A stretch of DNA of 64,000 bases. Source: the human T2T-CHM13v2.0 reference genome, Homo sapiens. The position numbers and the translations under genes were made by a program. The stretch spans positions 5,664,001-5,728,000 of the forward strand of contig CP068257.2 in assembly GCA_009914755.4 (NCBI GenBank), written 5' to 3'. Shown in pieces: positions 1 to 17,800 of the stretch. The number at the start of each line of letters is the position of its first letter. The first letter of the stretch is position 1. The notes beneath the pieces are model-generated. The model was not told where the DNA came from, did not search any database, and saw nothing but the letters and a program-made list of their open reading frames with translations.

Positions 1-1701
1 GCTGAACCAGGGACTCCAGGGTCCCTGCGGCCCAGCACAGGCGCTGATGGGAAGACACGTTCGTTCGTGGAGGACCCAGGCCCCGTTTCTCAGTGGCGTG
101 GTTTTTTTTCTCTGCCCGGGTGCCTCACCTTCCTCTAATGGGCCTTTTGCCCGCTTTGGGGTACCCCTAGCGGGCCCTATTCGCACCCTGCGCTCGAACC
201 AGGGTCGCAGTGTCCACGAGGTCCAGCGCAAGGCCTGATGGGAAGGCACTTTCGTCACTGGGGACCCAGGCCCCGCTTCTCCGTGGCGAGGTTTTTTTTT
301 TTTTCTCTGCCCCAGGTGCCTCACCTTCCCCTCAAGTGCCTTCTGCATGCTTTGGGGTACCCCTAGCGGCCCAAGGCGCACCCTGGGCTCGAACAATGGA
401 AGCCAGGTTCCACGGGGCCAAGCGCAGTGGCTGATGGGAAGACACGTTCTTCCTCGGGGACCCAGGCTCTGCTTCTCTGCGGCGTTTTTTTTTTTTCTTT
501 TCCCCAGGTGCCTCACTTTCCCGTCATGGGCTTTCTGCCCGCCTTGAGGTACCCCTAGCGGGCCCGTAGGCGCACCCTGGTTTCGAGCCAGAGACGCTAG
601 GGTCTCCGGGGCCCAGTGCAGGGCTGATGGGTAGGGACGTTCTTCCGTGGGGAACCCAGGCCCCACTTCTGGGCGGCACAGTTTTTTTATTTTTTTCTCT
701 ACCCCAGGTGTCTCACCTTTCCCTCATGGGCCTTCTGTCTTGGGGTACCCCTAGCAGGCCGAGGCACACGCTGGGCTCCAGCCAGGGATACCAGGGTCCC
801 CGGGGCGCAGTGCAAGCGCTGATGGGAAGACAGCTTCTTCTGTGGGGGACCCAGGCCCCGCTTATCCGCGGCGCGGTTGTTTTTTTTTTTCTCTGCCCCA
901 CGTGCATCACCTTCCCCTCATGGGCCTTCTGCCCGCTTTTGGGTACACCTAGCGGCCTGAAGCACACCCTGGTCTCGAACCAGGTACGCCAGGGTCCCCT
1001 GGGTCCAGCGCAAGGGCTGATGGGAAGACACTTTCGTCCGTTGGGGACCCAGGCTCCGCTTCTCCGTGGTGCAGTTTTTTCTTTTTTTTCCTGCCACAGG
1101 TGCCTCACCTCTCCTTCCTCAAACCTCAACTGCCCCTCAGGGATTTCTGCCCACCTTGGGGTACCCCTAGCAGGCCCGAGGCGCACCCGAGGCTCGAACA
1201 GGGTCTCCAGCGTCCACAGGGCCCAGCGCAGGGACTGATGGGAAGGCATTTTCATCCGTGGGGGACCCAGGCCCAGCTTCTCCTAGGCGCGGCTTGTTGT
1301 TTTTTTTTTTTTCTGCCACAGGTTCCTCACCTCTCCTCCCTCAAACGTCAACTTCCCATCATGGGCTTTCTGCCCGACTTGGGGTACCCCTAGCAGCCCA
1401 AGGCGCTCCCTGGACTCGAACCATGGATGCCAGGGTCGCCGGGGCCCAGCACAGGGGCTGATCGGAAGGTACCTTCATCCGTGGGTACCCAGGCCCCGCT
1501 TCTCAAAGCTGCGGTTTTTTTTCTCCGCCCCAGGTGCCTCACCTTCCCCTCATTGGCCTTCTGCCTGCTTTGGGGTAACACGAGCGGGCCCAAGGCGCTC
1601 CCGGGTCTCGAACCAGGGTCGCCAGGTTCTCGAGGCTAGCGCAGGAGGTGATGGGAAGGCACTTTCATCAGTGGGGACCCAGGCCCGGCTTCTCAGAGGC
1701 G

Positions 1702-1786
<85 letters not shown>

Positions 1787-3300
1787 TTTTCCTGCCACAG
1801 GTGACTCACCTCTCCTCCCTCAAATCTCACTTTCCCCTCATGGGCTTTCTGGCTTCCTTAGGGTACCCTAGCGTGCCGGAGTCTCTTCTGATCCTTGAAC
1901 TAGGGTCGCCAGGGTCCAGGAGGCCCAGCGCAGGGGCTGATGAGAAGGCACTTTCGTCTGTGGGAGAACCAGGCCCCGCTTCTCCTCGGCACGTTTGTAT
2001 TTTTCTGCCGCAGGTGCGTCACCTCTCCTCCCTCAAACCTCACCTTCTCCTCATGGGCCTTCTGCCTGCTTTGGGGTACACCTAGCGGGCCTGAGGTGCA
2101 CCCAGGCCTAGAACCAGGGTCGCCTGGGTCCACGGGGCCCAGCGCAGGGACTGATGAGAAGGCACTTTTTTCCATGGGAGACCCAGGTCCCGCTTCTCCG
2201 TGGCGTGGTTTCTTTTTCTTTTCTGCCACTAGTGCCTCACCTCTCCTCCCTCACAGCTCACCTTCCTCTCATGGGCTTTCCACCGCGTTGGGGTACCCCT
2301 AGTGGCCCAAGGCTCTCCCTGAGCTCAAACCAGGGACCCCAGGTTCCCCGGTACCCAGCACAGGGGCTGATGGGAAGGCACTTTCATCCGTGGGGGACCC
2401 AGGCCCCACCTCTCCACGGCGCGGGTTTTTTCTTTCTTTTTCTGTGACAGGTGCCTCACCTCTCCTCCCTCAAAACTCACCTTCCCCTCATGGGCTTTGT
2501 GCGCCCAAAGCCCCCCTTGGGGTTCACTTAGCGGCTGAGGCACACCCTGAGCTCGAACAAGGGACACCAGGGTCCCCGGTCCCAGTGCAGGGACTGATGG
2601 GAAGACACTTTCGTTCGTGGGGCACCCAGGCCGTGCTTCTCCGCGGCGAAGTTTTTTTTTTTTCTCTGCCCCAGGTGCCTCACCATCCCCTTAGGGGCTT
2701 TCTGCCCACCTTGCAGTACCCCTACTGGCCCGAGGTGCACCCTGGGGTCAAACCAGGGATGCCAGGGTCCCCAGGGCCCAGCGAAGGGGCTGATGGGATG
2801 GCACTTTCATCCGTGGGGGACCCAGGCACTGCTTCTTGGTGGCACGTTTTTTTTTCTCTGCCTCAGGTGCCTCACCTTCCCCTCATGGACCTTTTGTTCG
2901 CTTTGTGGTACCCCAAGCGGTCCCGAGGCGCAACCTGGGCTCGAACCAGGGTCGCCAGGGTCCACCACGCCCAGCATAGGGCCTGATGGGAAGGCACTTT
3001 CATCTGTGGTGGACCCAGGCCCCACTTCTCTGAGGCGCGGTCCTCTTTTTTTTTTTTTCTGCCCCTGGTGCCTCACCTCTCCTCCCACAAACTTCAACTT
3101 CCACTCATAGGGTTTCTGTCCGAGTTGGGGTACCCCTAGTCGCCCGAGGCGCACCCTGGGCGTGAACCAGGGATGCCAGGGTCCCTGGGGCGCAGCGCAA
3201 GGGCTGATGGGAAAAAACTTTCGTCTGTGGATGACCCAGACACCGCTTCGCGGCGCATTTTTTTTTTCTTTGCCCCAGGTGTCTCACCTTCCCCTCATGG
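1..3300. repeat. Tandem array of about 17 copies of a 192-228-bp GC-rich unit. Each unit carries ...GCTGATGGGAAGRCAC..., a poly-T tract, and ...CTGCCCCAGGTGCCTCACCTTCCCCTCATGGGC...; family not assigned.
   Basis: The landmark GCTGATGGGAAG recurs at 42, 234, 430, 623, 818, 1016, 1233, 1457, 1648, 1936, 2150, 2366, 2594, 2789, 2982 and 3203. The 203-aa ORFs on both strands are repeat artefacts. Confidence 0.85.
1705..1791. repeat. (AT)n of about 37 dinucleotides followed by T13, expanded inside one unit of the 200-bp array. It stretches that unit from about 200 to 288 bp.
   Basis: Direct read of atatat... 1705-1778, then tttttttttttt. Confidence 0.95.
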
Positions 3301-3480
3301 ACCTTCTGACTTTCTGCACCTGCTCCGGCGCTGTGGGCCTCCCTGCGCCTGCGCCGGCGCTGTGGGCACCCCCCCCCCCGGCGCCTGCGCCGGCGCTGTG
3401 GCCCCCCGCCCCCCGCGCCTGCGCCGGCGCTGTGGGGCCCCCACCCCCCTGCGCCTGCGCCGGCGCTGTGCAACTTTGCG
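3296..3480. repeat. GC-rich tandem repeat of about 29 bp (CTGCGCCTGCGCCGGCGCTGTGGGC...), about 6 copies. This is the minisatellite portion of TAR1.
   Basis: Direct repeats are visible. The CTGCGCCTGCGCCGGCGC motif also matches, from memory, the reverse complement of the repeats next to the chr1p telomere. Confidence 0.8.
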
Positions 3481-3790
3481 AGGGCGGAGCTGCGTTCTTC
3501 CCAGCACCGACACGGAGAGCATCGCCGGGGCGGAGCTGAGTTCTCCTCTGCACACACTTCGGAGATACAGCAAAGGCGGAGCAGTGTTCTCCTCAACACA
3601 GACCTGGGCAGGCCGGGGTCTCCGTGAGGGCGGAGCTGCGTTCTGCTCAGCACAGACCCGGGGGACACCGCGAAGGCAGAGTAGCGTTCTCCTCAGCACA
3701 GACCTTGGGGGCACTGCCTCGCTTTGGGACAACTCGGGGCCGCATAGACGCTGAATAAAATCCTTCCTGTTTGCAGCCCTGAGTAATCAG
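3480..3790 (-). repeat. TAR1 (telomere-associated repeat 1) core: about 60-bp units GCGGAGCTGCGTTCT...CTCAGCACAGAC..., in reverse-complement orientation relative to a p-arm end.
   Basis: Recalled similarity to the reverse complement of the TAR1 block proximal to the chr1p telomere (GTCTGTGCTGAGGAGAACGCAACTCCGCC...). Confidence 0.7.
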
Positions 3791-4127
3791 GGTCAGCGAC
3801 CAGTAAGAAGGGTTCAGTGTGGAAAAGGGAAACCAAAAGCCCCTCTGAATCCTACCCACCGAGGTTCTCCCCAGCCAAGGCGAGGCGCCGCAGTGCGAGA
3901 TCCACACCGCAGCCTCAGAAGACAAATGCAGCATTCCTAATGCGGACATGACACCCAAAATATGACACGCCCATTGCTCATGTAACAAGCACCTGTAATG
4001 CTAATGCACTGCCTCAATACAAAAATATTAATATAAGATCCGCAATCCCCTTGCTGCCATGCAGTCCTAAGACAGATCATAATAATCAACATTGACATAG
4101 TCAATACAAACGTAGTAACGAACCTAG

Positions 4128-4440
4128 GGTTAAGGTTGGTGTTAGGGTTAGGGGTTAGGGGTTAAGTTTAGGGTTAGGGGTTGGAGATAGGTGTTGGGGT
4201 CAGAGTTAGGAGTTAAGAGTCAACGTTTAGAGTTAAGGGTTAAGAGATGTTAGGGGTTAGGGATAAGGGGTTAGGGTTGGATTAGTGTGAGGGTGAGGGT
4301 TGTTGTTAGGGGTTAGGCTTAGGGGTTACAGTTAAGGGTTAAGGGTTAGGGTTAGGGGTTAGGGTTAGGGTCAGGGGTTAGGGGTCAGGGGTTAGGGGTC
4401 AGGGTCAGGGGTCAGGGTCAGGTTCAGGGGTCCCACTCTG
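4128..4440 (+). repeat. Degenerate telomeric array (TTAGGG/TTGGGG/TCAGGG variants), G-strand on the plus strand.
   Basis: Reads gttagggttaggggttagg...gggtcagggtcagggg. It ends abruptly at 4440 against L1 sequence. Confidence 0.9.
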
Positions 4441-7100
<2,660 letters not shown>

Positions 7101-7289
7101 ACTTGTGGGTGCAGAGCGGCATGAATGAAGTCAATTAACATGTTTATTACCTCACAGAATAGTTACCTTTTTGTGTGCATGTGTGGGATAAGAAAACTTA
7201 ACTCTATCCCCTGTGACTGAATAGTGGCCATTCCAGCTGCTCCAGGCTCCAGCAGAGGAAGACCGGGGTAGGTGGCTCCACCAGGGTGA

Positions 7290-9360
<2,071 letters not shown>

Positions 9361-12300
9361 TACACACGCTGCACTGTATAGAACAAAGCAGGCGGAGGAA
9401 GGTGGGATAACCTTGCTAGCTGAAGCTTCTGGCTCTCTTTTTTTCTTCTTCCCGTGCAGGAAACTTGCTTCCCTTCTTCCTGCCCTTGGACATGAGACTG
9501 CAGGTTCTTATGCGTTTGGACTCTGGGACTTGCACCAGTGGCTTCCCCGAGGCTCTCAGGCCCCCGGCCTCAGACTGAAGACTGCACTGCGGGCTTTCCT
9601 GGTTTTGAGGCTTTTGGACTTGGACTGAGCCACTACTAGCTTCTCTCTTTCCCTACCTGGCAGACAGCCTGTTGTGGGACTGCCTTCTAACCGTGTGAAC
9701 CAATTCTCTCTGGTAAACTCCCTTATACATATACGTGTATCTTGTTGGTTCTGTCCCTCTGGAGAAACCTGACTAATACATTTTGTATATTTTTCCTCCA
9801 CTGCCCTTTCCTCTGCTTCTAGGCTTACCTAGACCACCACCATTCTTTCCCCCTTTCTAAAGTAAAAGTTGTTTTTTTCTCACTAAATGCATGGTATTCT
9901 GCCCATTTTCCATGGCTTCCCTCAGCCCTGCTCTGTTTATTCTTGCTATCTTAAGAGGAAATCCCTGCCTCTTTCATGGCTTTTCCCACTTGGTCTACTT
10001 ACTGTTTTCTGTTGTTCTCAGAGACACACTGAGACCTTTCACATCTCACTGTCACTTCTTGGAAGGGCTCTCTACCTCGTCTGCCTGCTGAGCAACCTCT
10101 TGGAGTGACGCGGGCACTCTTGAGTCACTGAACTTGAGCTATTTGGTGTTAGTATGTTAATTTATCTTCTTAGACCACTTACCACTTCCTTAACTTCAAA
10201 AGAAAAGAATAAGTATTATTTTCCATGGTTGATATGAAGAGTAGAAATAACTTATACAAAATACATTGCAGTTAAGTGATAATAAATGGCTGTGAATGTC
10301 CTTATTAATGTTATTCTATCAGTCTCAGCTCAGATACCATCTGCTCTGTGAGCTCTGCTCTGAATCATATCTGCTTCTTCTCTGGGTTCCTTGTGCTCTG
10401 TTCTTAACTACTTTAAAGCAGTAATTGTTCTGATTCTAATTAGTGATGCTTCCCAATAAAATTTTAATTTTGTAGATCTCTTCCCCCCACCCCTGCCCCA
10501 GCCTAACCAGTGTTTTCTTACTTTTTTGTGTACAGGCTACATCACTGGTCTTCTTTTATTTGTGGCTAAATAAATGTTGTGTTAGAAGAGTAAAGAGTTC
10601 CCAGTTACATGGGATCTATAGTTCTACAAAATGAATGTATACATAATCCATGTAAATACTTCACTTATTTTAAAACAATTTTTTAATTTTTAAATTAAAT
10701 TTAATTTGTGCATGTGTGTGAGACCAGAGTGAGAACAGAGATGGCGGTGGTGAGGGGCAGTGGTCTCACCATGTTGCCCAGGCTAGTCTTGAACTCCCCT
10801 TCAAGTGCCACCCTCCTCACCTGGCCCCCCTCACCTTGCCTCCTCCCCTCTCACTCCTATGCCAACTCCTGCCATTCCCTACCCCCTCTGTAGACTGCAA
10901 GACTCATCAAGTGACTTGCTGAGCAAACTCTGCTGAGAAGAGATCTGTTTAGGGACAGAGGAGGCCAAGTACACAAAAAAGCAAAAGAACTAGCATGTCT
11001 TTTTCAATGGATGTCTATTTTACAGGGCTGGCTTCAGATTATTATAGCTTTAAATAAAAGGACCGTTTTGTCATCTCGGCCCATGGCCTACATTATTTCT
11101 TTACTGTCTATTGCCCTGGGCACTTGACTAATAATTTAACAGCAGTTTTTTTTTTTTAATTTTAAATCATGATTCATTGCATTGCTGTAAGAGTAATTAG
11201 AGGTAAAGTAGGGCTTGAAACTGCCTGTAGTTGGTTACTTACTGAGATCTTAGCATCATTGTCAGGTGAGAGGGTGAAGTTTTAATTAGCGCTAAGTGGG
11301 ATAGAAATTCAATGCACTGAAACTGCAGTGTCCAATTCAGTAGGTGCTAGTCACCTGTAACTGTTGAGCACTTGTAATCCTGGCTAGTCCTAATTGAGAT
11401 GTGTTGTGTTAAATACACTGGATTTTGTCGTTGGAGTGGGAAGAACAGTGTAGAATATCTGCTTGATTTTTTTTATATTTATTACATGTTAAAATTATTA
11501 CTATGATTACTATTTGGGACATACTGAGTTAAGTATATTTAAAATTAATTTCACCTTTTCTTTTAATGGGGCTTACTAGTACATTTAAAATTACATACGT
11601 GGCTCACATATTTATTGGACAGCACAGCTCTAGAAGTTTAGGAAGAAATAAGAAAAATATTGAGAATAGGTAGCGACAGTAGGAAGTTTGACCTCCTGTA
11701 AGACTGATTCCAATAAAACTAATAGGTGATAGTTTTAATTGGCTTTTTCCTACTAGAAGAAGTAAGTGTACTTTACATGCCTCTTTGTTCTCCCTCTTTC
11801 CCCTTCAATTTAGTGGTTAGCGTGTATTTACTACATCAGGCTTAATATTCACTAAACAGTGTTAGGAAGACTTAGGTAAATGATTCCCTGATGAACACAC
11901 TTGATATTCAAAGCACTTTCCTAACCCATTTTTAATTGGAATAGAGTCAAATGTAGATGGCTTATTAGTAGTCATCTCATTTAAATCTCATGGAATTTTC
12001 CTACTAAATCTCAAAGTAAACAATTTGTTATAGGCTGTTTTGTCAAGTTTATGGAAGGGACAGCATAGGACATGTGGTACTTCATTTCCAAATTGCTTGA
12101 GATGGTTTTCATTATAATCATACATTATTTGCTTCTGGTTTTCCAGAAAAGCCAGCTAAACCTGTGGTTCATTTAGATATAAATGAAATATCCACAAAGG
12201 ATTGCTCAAAGTGACTTATGCAACTTGAATATATATTTTTTCTGTAGGGTGTTTATTCCAAATTATCTGGCCATTTGCTGCAATTTGCAGTTTTTTAGAA

Positions 12301-13387
12301 AACACCAAATATTTCTCAAGTTAGAGATGTTTTAATAAAAACAGTCATATTGTACTGGCAGCAGACAAATAAAATGGCCCTTTATTTCACAGTTGAGAAT
12401 TTGAAATTGGAAGGTAATTAACATATGTAAGGATGATGTATTTGCTGCCTGGCTTATAGGAATGAGCCAAGTTGTTTTTTGAGGTATGTTGTTGCTGTGT
12501 ATGTCCCACCTATTTTGCTTCCTTAATGAACAATGCAAGTTTGAGACAGAAATATTTGAGAACATTTTTATCAGTTGTGACATTTTGATAGTGAACATTT
12601 TATATCTTCTGTCAACTTAAAATGTTTGCATCTTCTGTCAGCTTAAAATGTTTAATTTGTTATAGCCAAATAATTTGGCTATAATTGATAATTTAATTTA
12701 TCAAATTAAATTGCTTTTTTTCCCTTTAGACTTTCTTCAGTCACATCTGAATAAATCCCTTAGAAGTAAGCTAGATGTAATATAATGAAATGCTTAAAAG
12801 GGCTGTGTATCTTCATATTACACTTACAGTGATTTTCTCTTGTGCCCATTATATTCTACCTGCAGCTAGTTGAGGTAAAGAGAGGGCATTTAACTGTCAA
12901 GGGAACCTGTGAGGAGACTGTAGAAATCTGGAAAGTCTCTTGAGTCTTTGAGGGATTTTGGGATGCAGAGAGTGGGGCTGGGATCTCTGGCTAGGTTGGA
13001 GCCAGCCTGCATTTGTATCTTTATCTTGGAAGCAAACTTAGAATGCAGAGATAGATGTGGCCTGGATGCTGCTAACTCTAGCCAACCACTAAATCTTAAG
13101 GTGGGAGAGATGCAGCCTTTGGCTGGGTGCTAAGCTGCTGTAGCTGGTTGAATGTAGAGGTCACTATCTTTTCTGAATATTTGTAAGTAAATTAAATCAT
13201 TCTTTACTCCTGTATGCCTGCCAACCAAATGGGAAATCGCTATAGAAAAGATGGTTTAAATTTTAGTCTTTGAAGTGGTTTATGCACGTTTCTGGAATCA
13301 GGATTTAACGCGGACTTGGATTGGATATTGAATATTTTTCATTTGTCTACTTTTCTCTCCATAGGGAGCTTATAGCTTCATTGCACT

Positions 13388-13636
13388 GTGTGTGGCATTT
13401 GGGTCCTGTTTGACAGCAATGACTGCCTTTCTGTTTAGTGTCTGTGTGCTATGAAGATTGCACACAGGGGTCCAGATGCATCCTGTTTTGAGAATGTTAA
13501 TGGATACACCAGCTGCTGCTTTGGATTTCACCCATTGGTGGTAGTGGACCCGCTGTTTGGAATGCAGACAATTTAAGTGAAGACATATCCATATATGTGG
13601 CTCTGTTACAATGGTGAAATCTACAACCATAAGAAG
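13388..13636 (+). pseudogene. ASNSP: Asparagine synthetase (ASNS) first coding exon homolog, disabled. The start codon is GTG instead of ATG, and there are in-frame TAG (13436-13438) and TAA (13574-13576) stops. The 3' donor (AAG|GTAGGG) is retained.
   Basis: Conceptual translation is [81 protein letters not shown], against [87 protein letters not shown]. Confidence 0.85.
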
Positions 13637-13990
13637 GTAGGGGAAAAGAAGCCAGATGTGTGGATGTGATTAAACTTCAGAGCTTGTTGGTTACGATGAG
13701 ATTATATATTCTGTATCATGCTTTTTACTTTGCAAAGCATTCTATGTTATCTCATTTGCTCTAAGTATGTAGATAGGGAACTGATGAATAAAATGGTGAG
13801 TGAAATCACTTGGTCACAAAAAAGTGATAAAAATGGGGATTACACAGTTTCTTTGACTCTTAGAATTTTTTCTCCTTCTCCCCAGCTTTTTGTTTTGAAA
13901 AAAATTCTAACATACAGAAAAGAACAGAATAGTGAGCACCTAGATTGAATAATCATTAATGTTTTGCCATATTTGCTTGATTTTTCTTTC

Positions 13991-14033
13991 TACACACACA
14001 CACACACACACACACATACACACACACACACAG
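13991..14033. repeat. (CA)n microsatellite.
   Basis: Direct read. Confidence 0.9.
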
Positions 14034-14173
14034 TTTTTTGCCAAATCATTTGAGAGTATGGTGCAGATTTTGTGACACTCCTAAATATATAAGCATTTAT
14101 CTCCTAAGAATAAGGACATTTTTCTACATAACATCAATACCATTATTAAACCTAAGAATCCATAATATCACCT

Positions 14174-14480
14174 GGCTGGGTGCGGTGGCTCACGCCTGTA
14201 ATCCCAGCACCTTGGGAGGCTGAGGTGGGTGGATCACGAGGTCAGGAGGTTGAAACCATGCTGGCTAGCACGGAGAAACCCCATCTCCACTAAAAATACA
14301 AAAATAAAAAAAATCAGCCAGGCGTGGTGGTGGGCACCTGTAGTCCCAGCTACTCGGGAGGCTGAGGCAGGAGAATGGTGTGAACCTGGGAGGTGGAGCT
14401 TGCAGTGTGCTAAGCTTCAGCCACTGTACTCCAGCCTGGGAGACAGAGCAAGACTCTGTCTCAAAAATGAAAAAAAAAAA
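14174..14480 (+). mobile_element. Alu, full length, plus orientation, with A-tail.
   Basis: GGCTGGGTGCGGTGGCTCACGCCTGTAATCCCAGCAC...GAGACAGAGCAAGACTCTGTCTCAAAAA. Confidence 0.9.
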
Positions 14481-14524
14481 TCATAATGCCACCTAATATC
14501 CAGTTAATACTTAAATTTCGCTAA

Positions 14525-14800
<276 letters not shown>

Positions 14801-17800
14801 TCTTTATAGCTGGTATTTGTTTGTTTAGAGCCAGATTTCATTCAAGATTCATGCATTTGGTTGTGATGTTTCTTGGTATTTTTTCTGAGACTTCTTGATA
14901 GATACCTGTCAGGCACTGATAGAGAGTTATATCCTAACCATGTTTTGGACATTTTTATCTCTGAATAATAGCTTTTGTCATTGTTTGTTGCCTGCTCACG
15001 GGAACACTCTTAATAATAGTCTTCTTGTTCAAAAAGTTTTAAAATAGTTATTCAAGAAATTCCTTTCACACATTTCTTTATTCCTTTATTAAGGACCTAA
15101 TATGCACCAGATATCATTTTTCTAGGTGATTGTAGATGAAATGGTGAAAAGGAAAGGCAAGAATGGAATTTCCTGCTAGTGGGAAGTAGAAGAGAGTATT
15201 AAAACTTTTTTCTTTCTAAGTCAAATCAGTGTCATATGCATGAGAAAGCTAGGTAGTATGATGGCATTATCAGCTTGGCTTTCTCCTTAAATGAAATAGG
15301 AAGTGCTCTGTTTTACTCAGATAGTGTTTTTTTTTCTAAAAAGCTAAAATAAGTTAAATATTTTGAAATTAATTAATTTCTGTTCTAAATTAGTCAAAAG
15401 TTATATTTGTAAAACTAGAGAAGTTTGTTCCATTGCTTCTACCAAGCATCTCAGCTTATGTAGTTGGGGCAGCTAGAAATCTAATGAACAGAATGCATAT
15501 TTTAGGCTTATATAAAGTATTCTGCAACATAAGGTCAAAAATACCCCCTACCCCCTTTTTGATAAAGATAAAGCTTACTACTAATAATAAAATACAGCCA
15601 GAGGTGTGCTGGGAGTGGAGGGGGACTGAGTTAAAGAAAGTAGGAATGGGGTAAAGGCTGGGGCAAAGAGCAGACTCTCTCCCTGCAGGGGAGTATCAGG
15701 GGTCTGCAGCCAAGTTAAATGACAGCATGACTTCAGGAGGCCAGATTTGAGGGCTTTTATCTAAGATGCAGCATCGGAGTTTGGTTTAAGAGAGTAGGAA
15801 GTGATACATCTGTTACCCAAAGGACACTTCTCTTTTTAGAATAAATTACCTGCAGAGTTTAGGCCAAAGAGGTGGGCAAGGTAGATTTGGGAAACTGTTG
15901 CTTGCTAATATCACCAAACGCTTTCTTTTTATACTTGGTGGAGGCTTTAATTGGGGCAAGGACATTTTTATACAAAGATAGAGAAAACAATCACCTATGG
16001 AATTTGATTCCTTGCTCCATGCCCTCGCTAGCACCTCTCAACATGCTTGATGATATTTAAAATTTCTTCCTAGGGAAAAAACTTTTCATCCCACAATTAG
16101 AATCAGGCTTAACTTGCTTTTTGAAAAGGTAGTAGGCAATTTGTGTTAAGATCTAAATTACCAAGATTTTTATATCTTGAAACAGATTTAGATGATAGAG
16201 TGAGGTCGGTGGTGGTGGTGGTTGGTGGGAAGGGGTAGTTTTTTAGAGAGGGTATTAAGAGTTGGGGTTTTCAATGTGAGAGAGGTGAAGGTTTGAAAAT
16301 AAGTAAGAAAAGCACTAAAAGGGTGAAGTCAAGGGCCTTAGAGAGCCAGGATGATAGATTCTATTTCACAGTTTAACACAGGATCACCATAGACCAAAGC
16401 AAGTTTATAACTAAGGCAATGAAGATCATCTGTCTCCTCCCTTCCCCATTAATTGTGAACTTTAGTTTTATAAGCTCCTAAGAGGCAGAAAACAAATTGG
16501 AGACTCGTCATCTATTTGGGAGTGTATGGCATGTATTTATTGTCCTAGGTGCTGGGTTTATTTTTTTCAGCTAATGACAGTTTTCCATGCTTTATGGTAA
16601 GTGACCATAAAGTAAGTGGTAAGTGACTTACCCTTCAGGCAGTTCAGCCCAGGACAGTCAGCAGAAGACTGTTTCCAGACCCCACCTGCTAGTTACAGAT
16701 CATCCCTGATAGAGCAGAGAGGGGTGACCAGGTAGTGACTTTATAGTCACTGGAGGCAAAGCCCATTTTTGGACAGTTCATTGAGGGCTTACAGATAAAA
16801 GGTTCACAAATTATGCAGTGAGCTGGATGGAGTGTGAAGCGTATTTATGGGTCGTGCACATACATAATAGGTTTACTTTTTGAGATTTCAAAACATGTTT
16901 TAAACTTAACCTAGGATTCCCACCTGATTTAAACCTCTTATTTCTCTAATGTCAGCCAAAAATGTGAGTATGACATACAAAGAGAAATACATCAAGGACT
17001 TTTCATCCTCATAGTTTGCCAGTGATGCTGGAGAGTGTCAGAATTGGTGAGTAGCCTAATCAAACTTTCTTGCTCTGCATGCAGTGGCAGACAGTCCCTT
17101 TGCTGTTCCTTTGGGGCATGCAGACTAATAAAGTGCCACCATCATTTTATCTCTCAGTGAGCAGTAGTTTTAATGCTACTGCAGTGGTGGGAGCACTGGG
17201 CGTTGTCGTCCTCACCTGAGGACAAGCAGCTTTGTTTTGGATCATGTATCTGTTATTGTGATGGAGCCATTTATTTTTCAGGGAATGACGCCAAATGATG
17301 TTTGTCCCTTTGCTTTACATTTTTATAGCTAGGTCTTTGAAGCTGAACTGGAGGAACTTCTTAGCCAATACTGTCTTCTTAAACCAAAAGTTGACAGTTG
17401 CAGAAGACACGTTTTTTAGTGTCACGGCAACCAAGCAACATATTACCTTAAATTAAATTTACAGGTTGAGCATCCCTAATCTGAAAATCTGAAATTTGAA
17501 ATGCTTCAAAATCTGAAACTTTTTGAGCACTGACATGACACCACATGTGGATTTTGATGTCCTAGTCAAAGTGCAGGTGAACAACACACAGTTTATTTGA
17601 TGTTCTCTAATGAAAAAAGACCCTCTCAGCCCCCTTCAGCTGCAGTATAACTTTTCTACACATGCTCAGATTTCCCCATGCAAGCACACACACAAAGGGT
17701 CACAGAATGGCACATGTGCAAGCTGGACAAGCCAATGGCAGGATCCCCACAGATGGGACCTAAGTGCATGACTCGTTGTGTATTTTTCTTATTCTCTGCT

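Noticed and set aside
540-600. Possible tRNA-like T-arm (GGCTCGAAACCAGGG) in the reverse complement of the 200-bp unit, suggesting a tRNA-derived SINE origin.
   Set aside because: The similarity is limited to a few bases. No cloverleaf can be drawn and no A/B box spacing is present.
627-1238. 203-aa ORF (plus strand) and an overlapping 180-aa ORF (minus strand) in the 200-bp tandem array.
   Set aside because: Both strands are open across the same repeats. The protein is a low-complexity repeat translation. This is a tandem-array artefact.
4128-4440. Could be a functional terminal telomere, meaning the window starts at a chromosome end.
   Set aside because: The G-strand orientation runs into internal sequence (L1) that continues for 60 kb. 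The repeats are highly degenerate. So this is interstitial.
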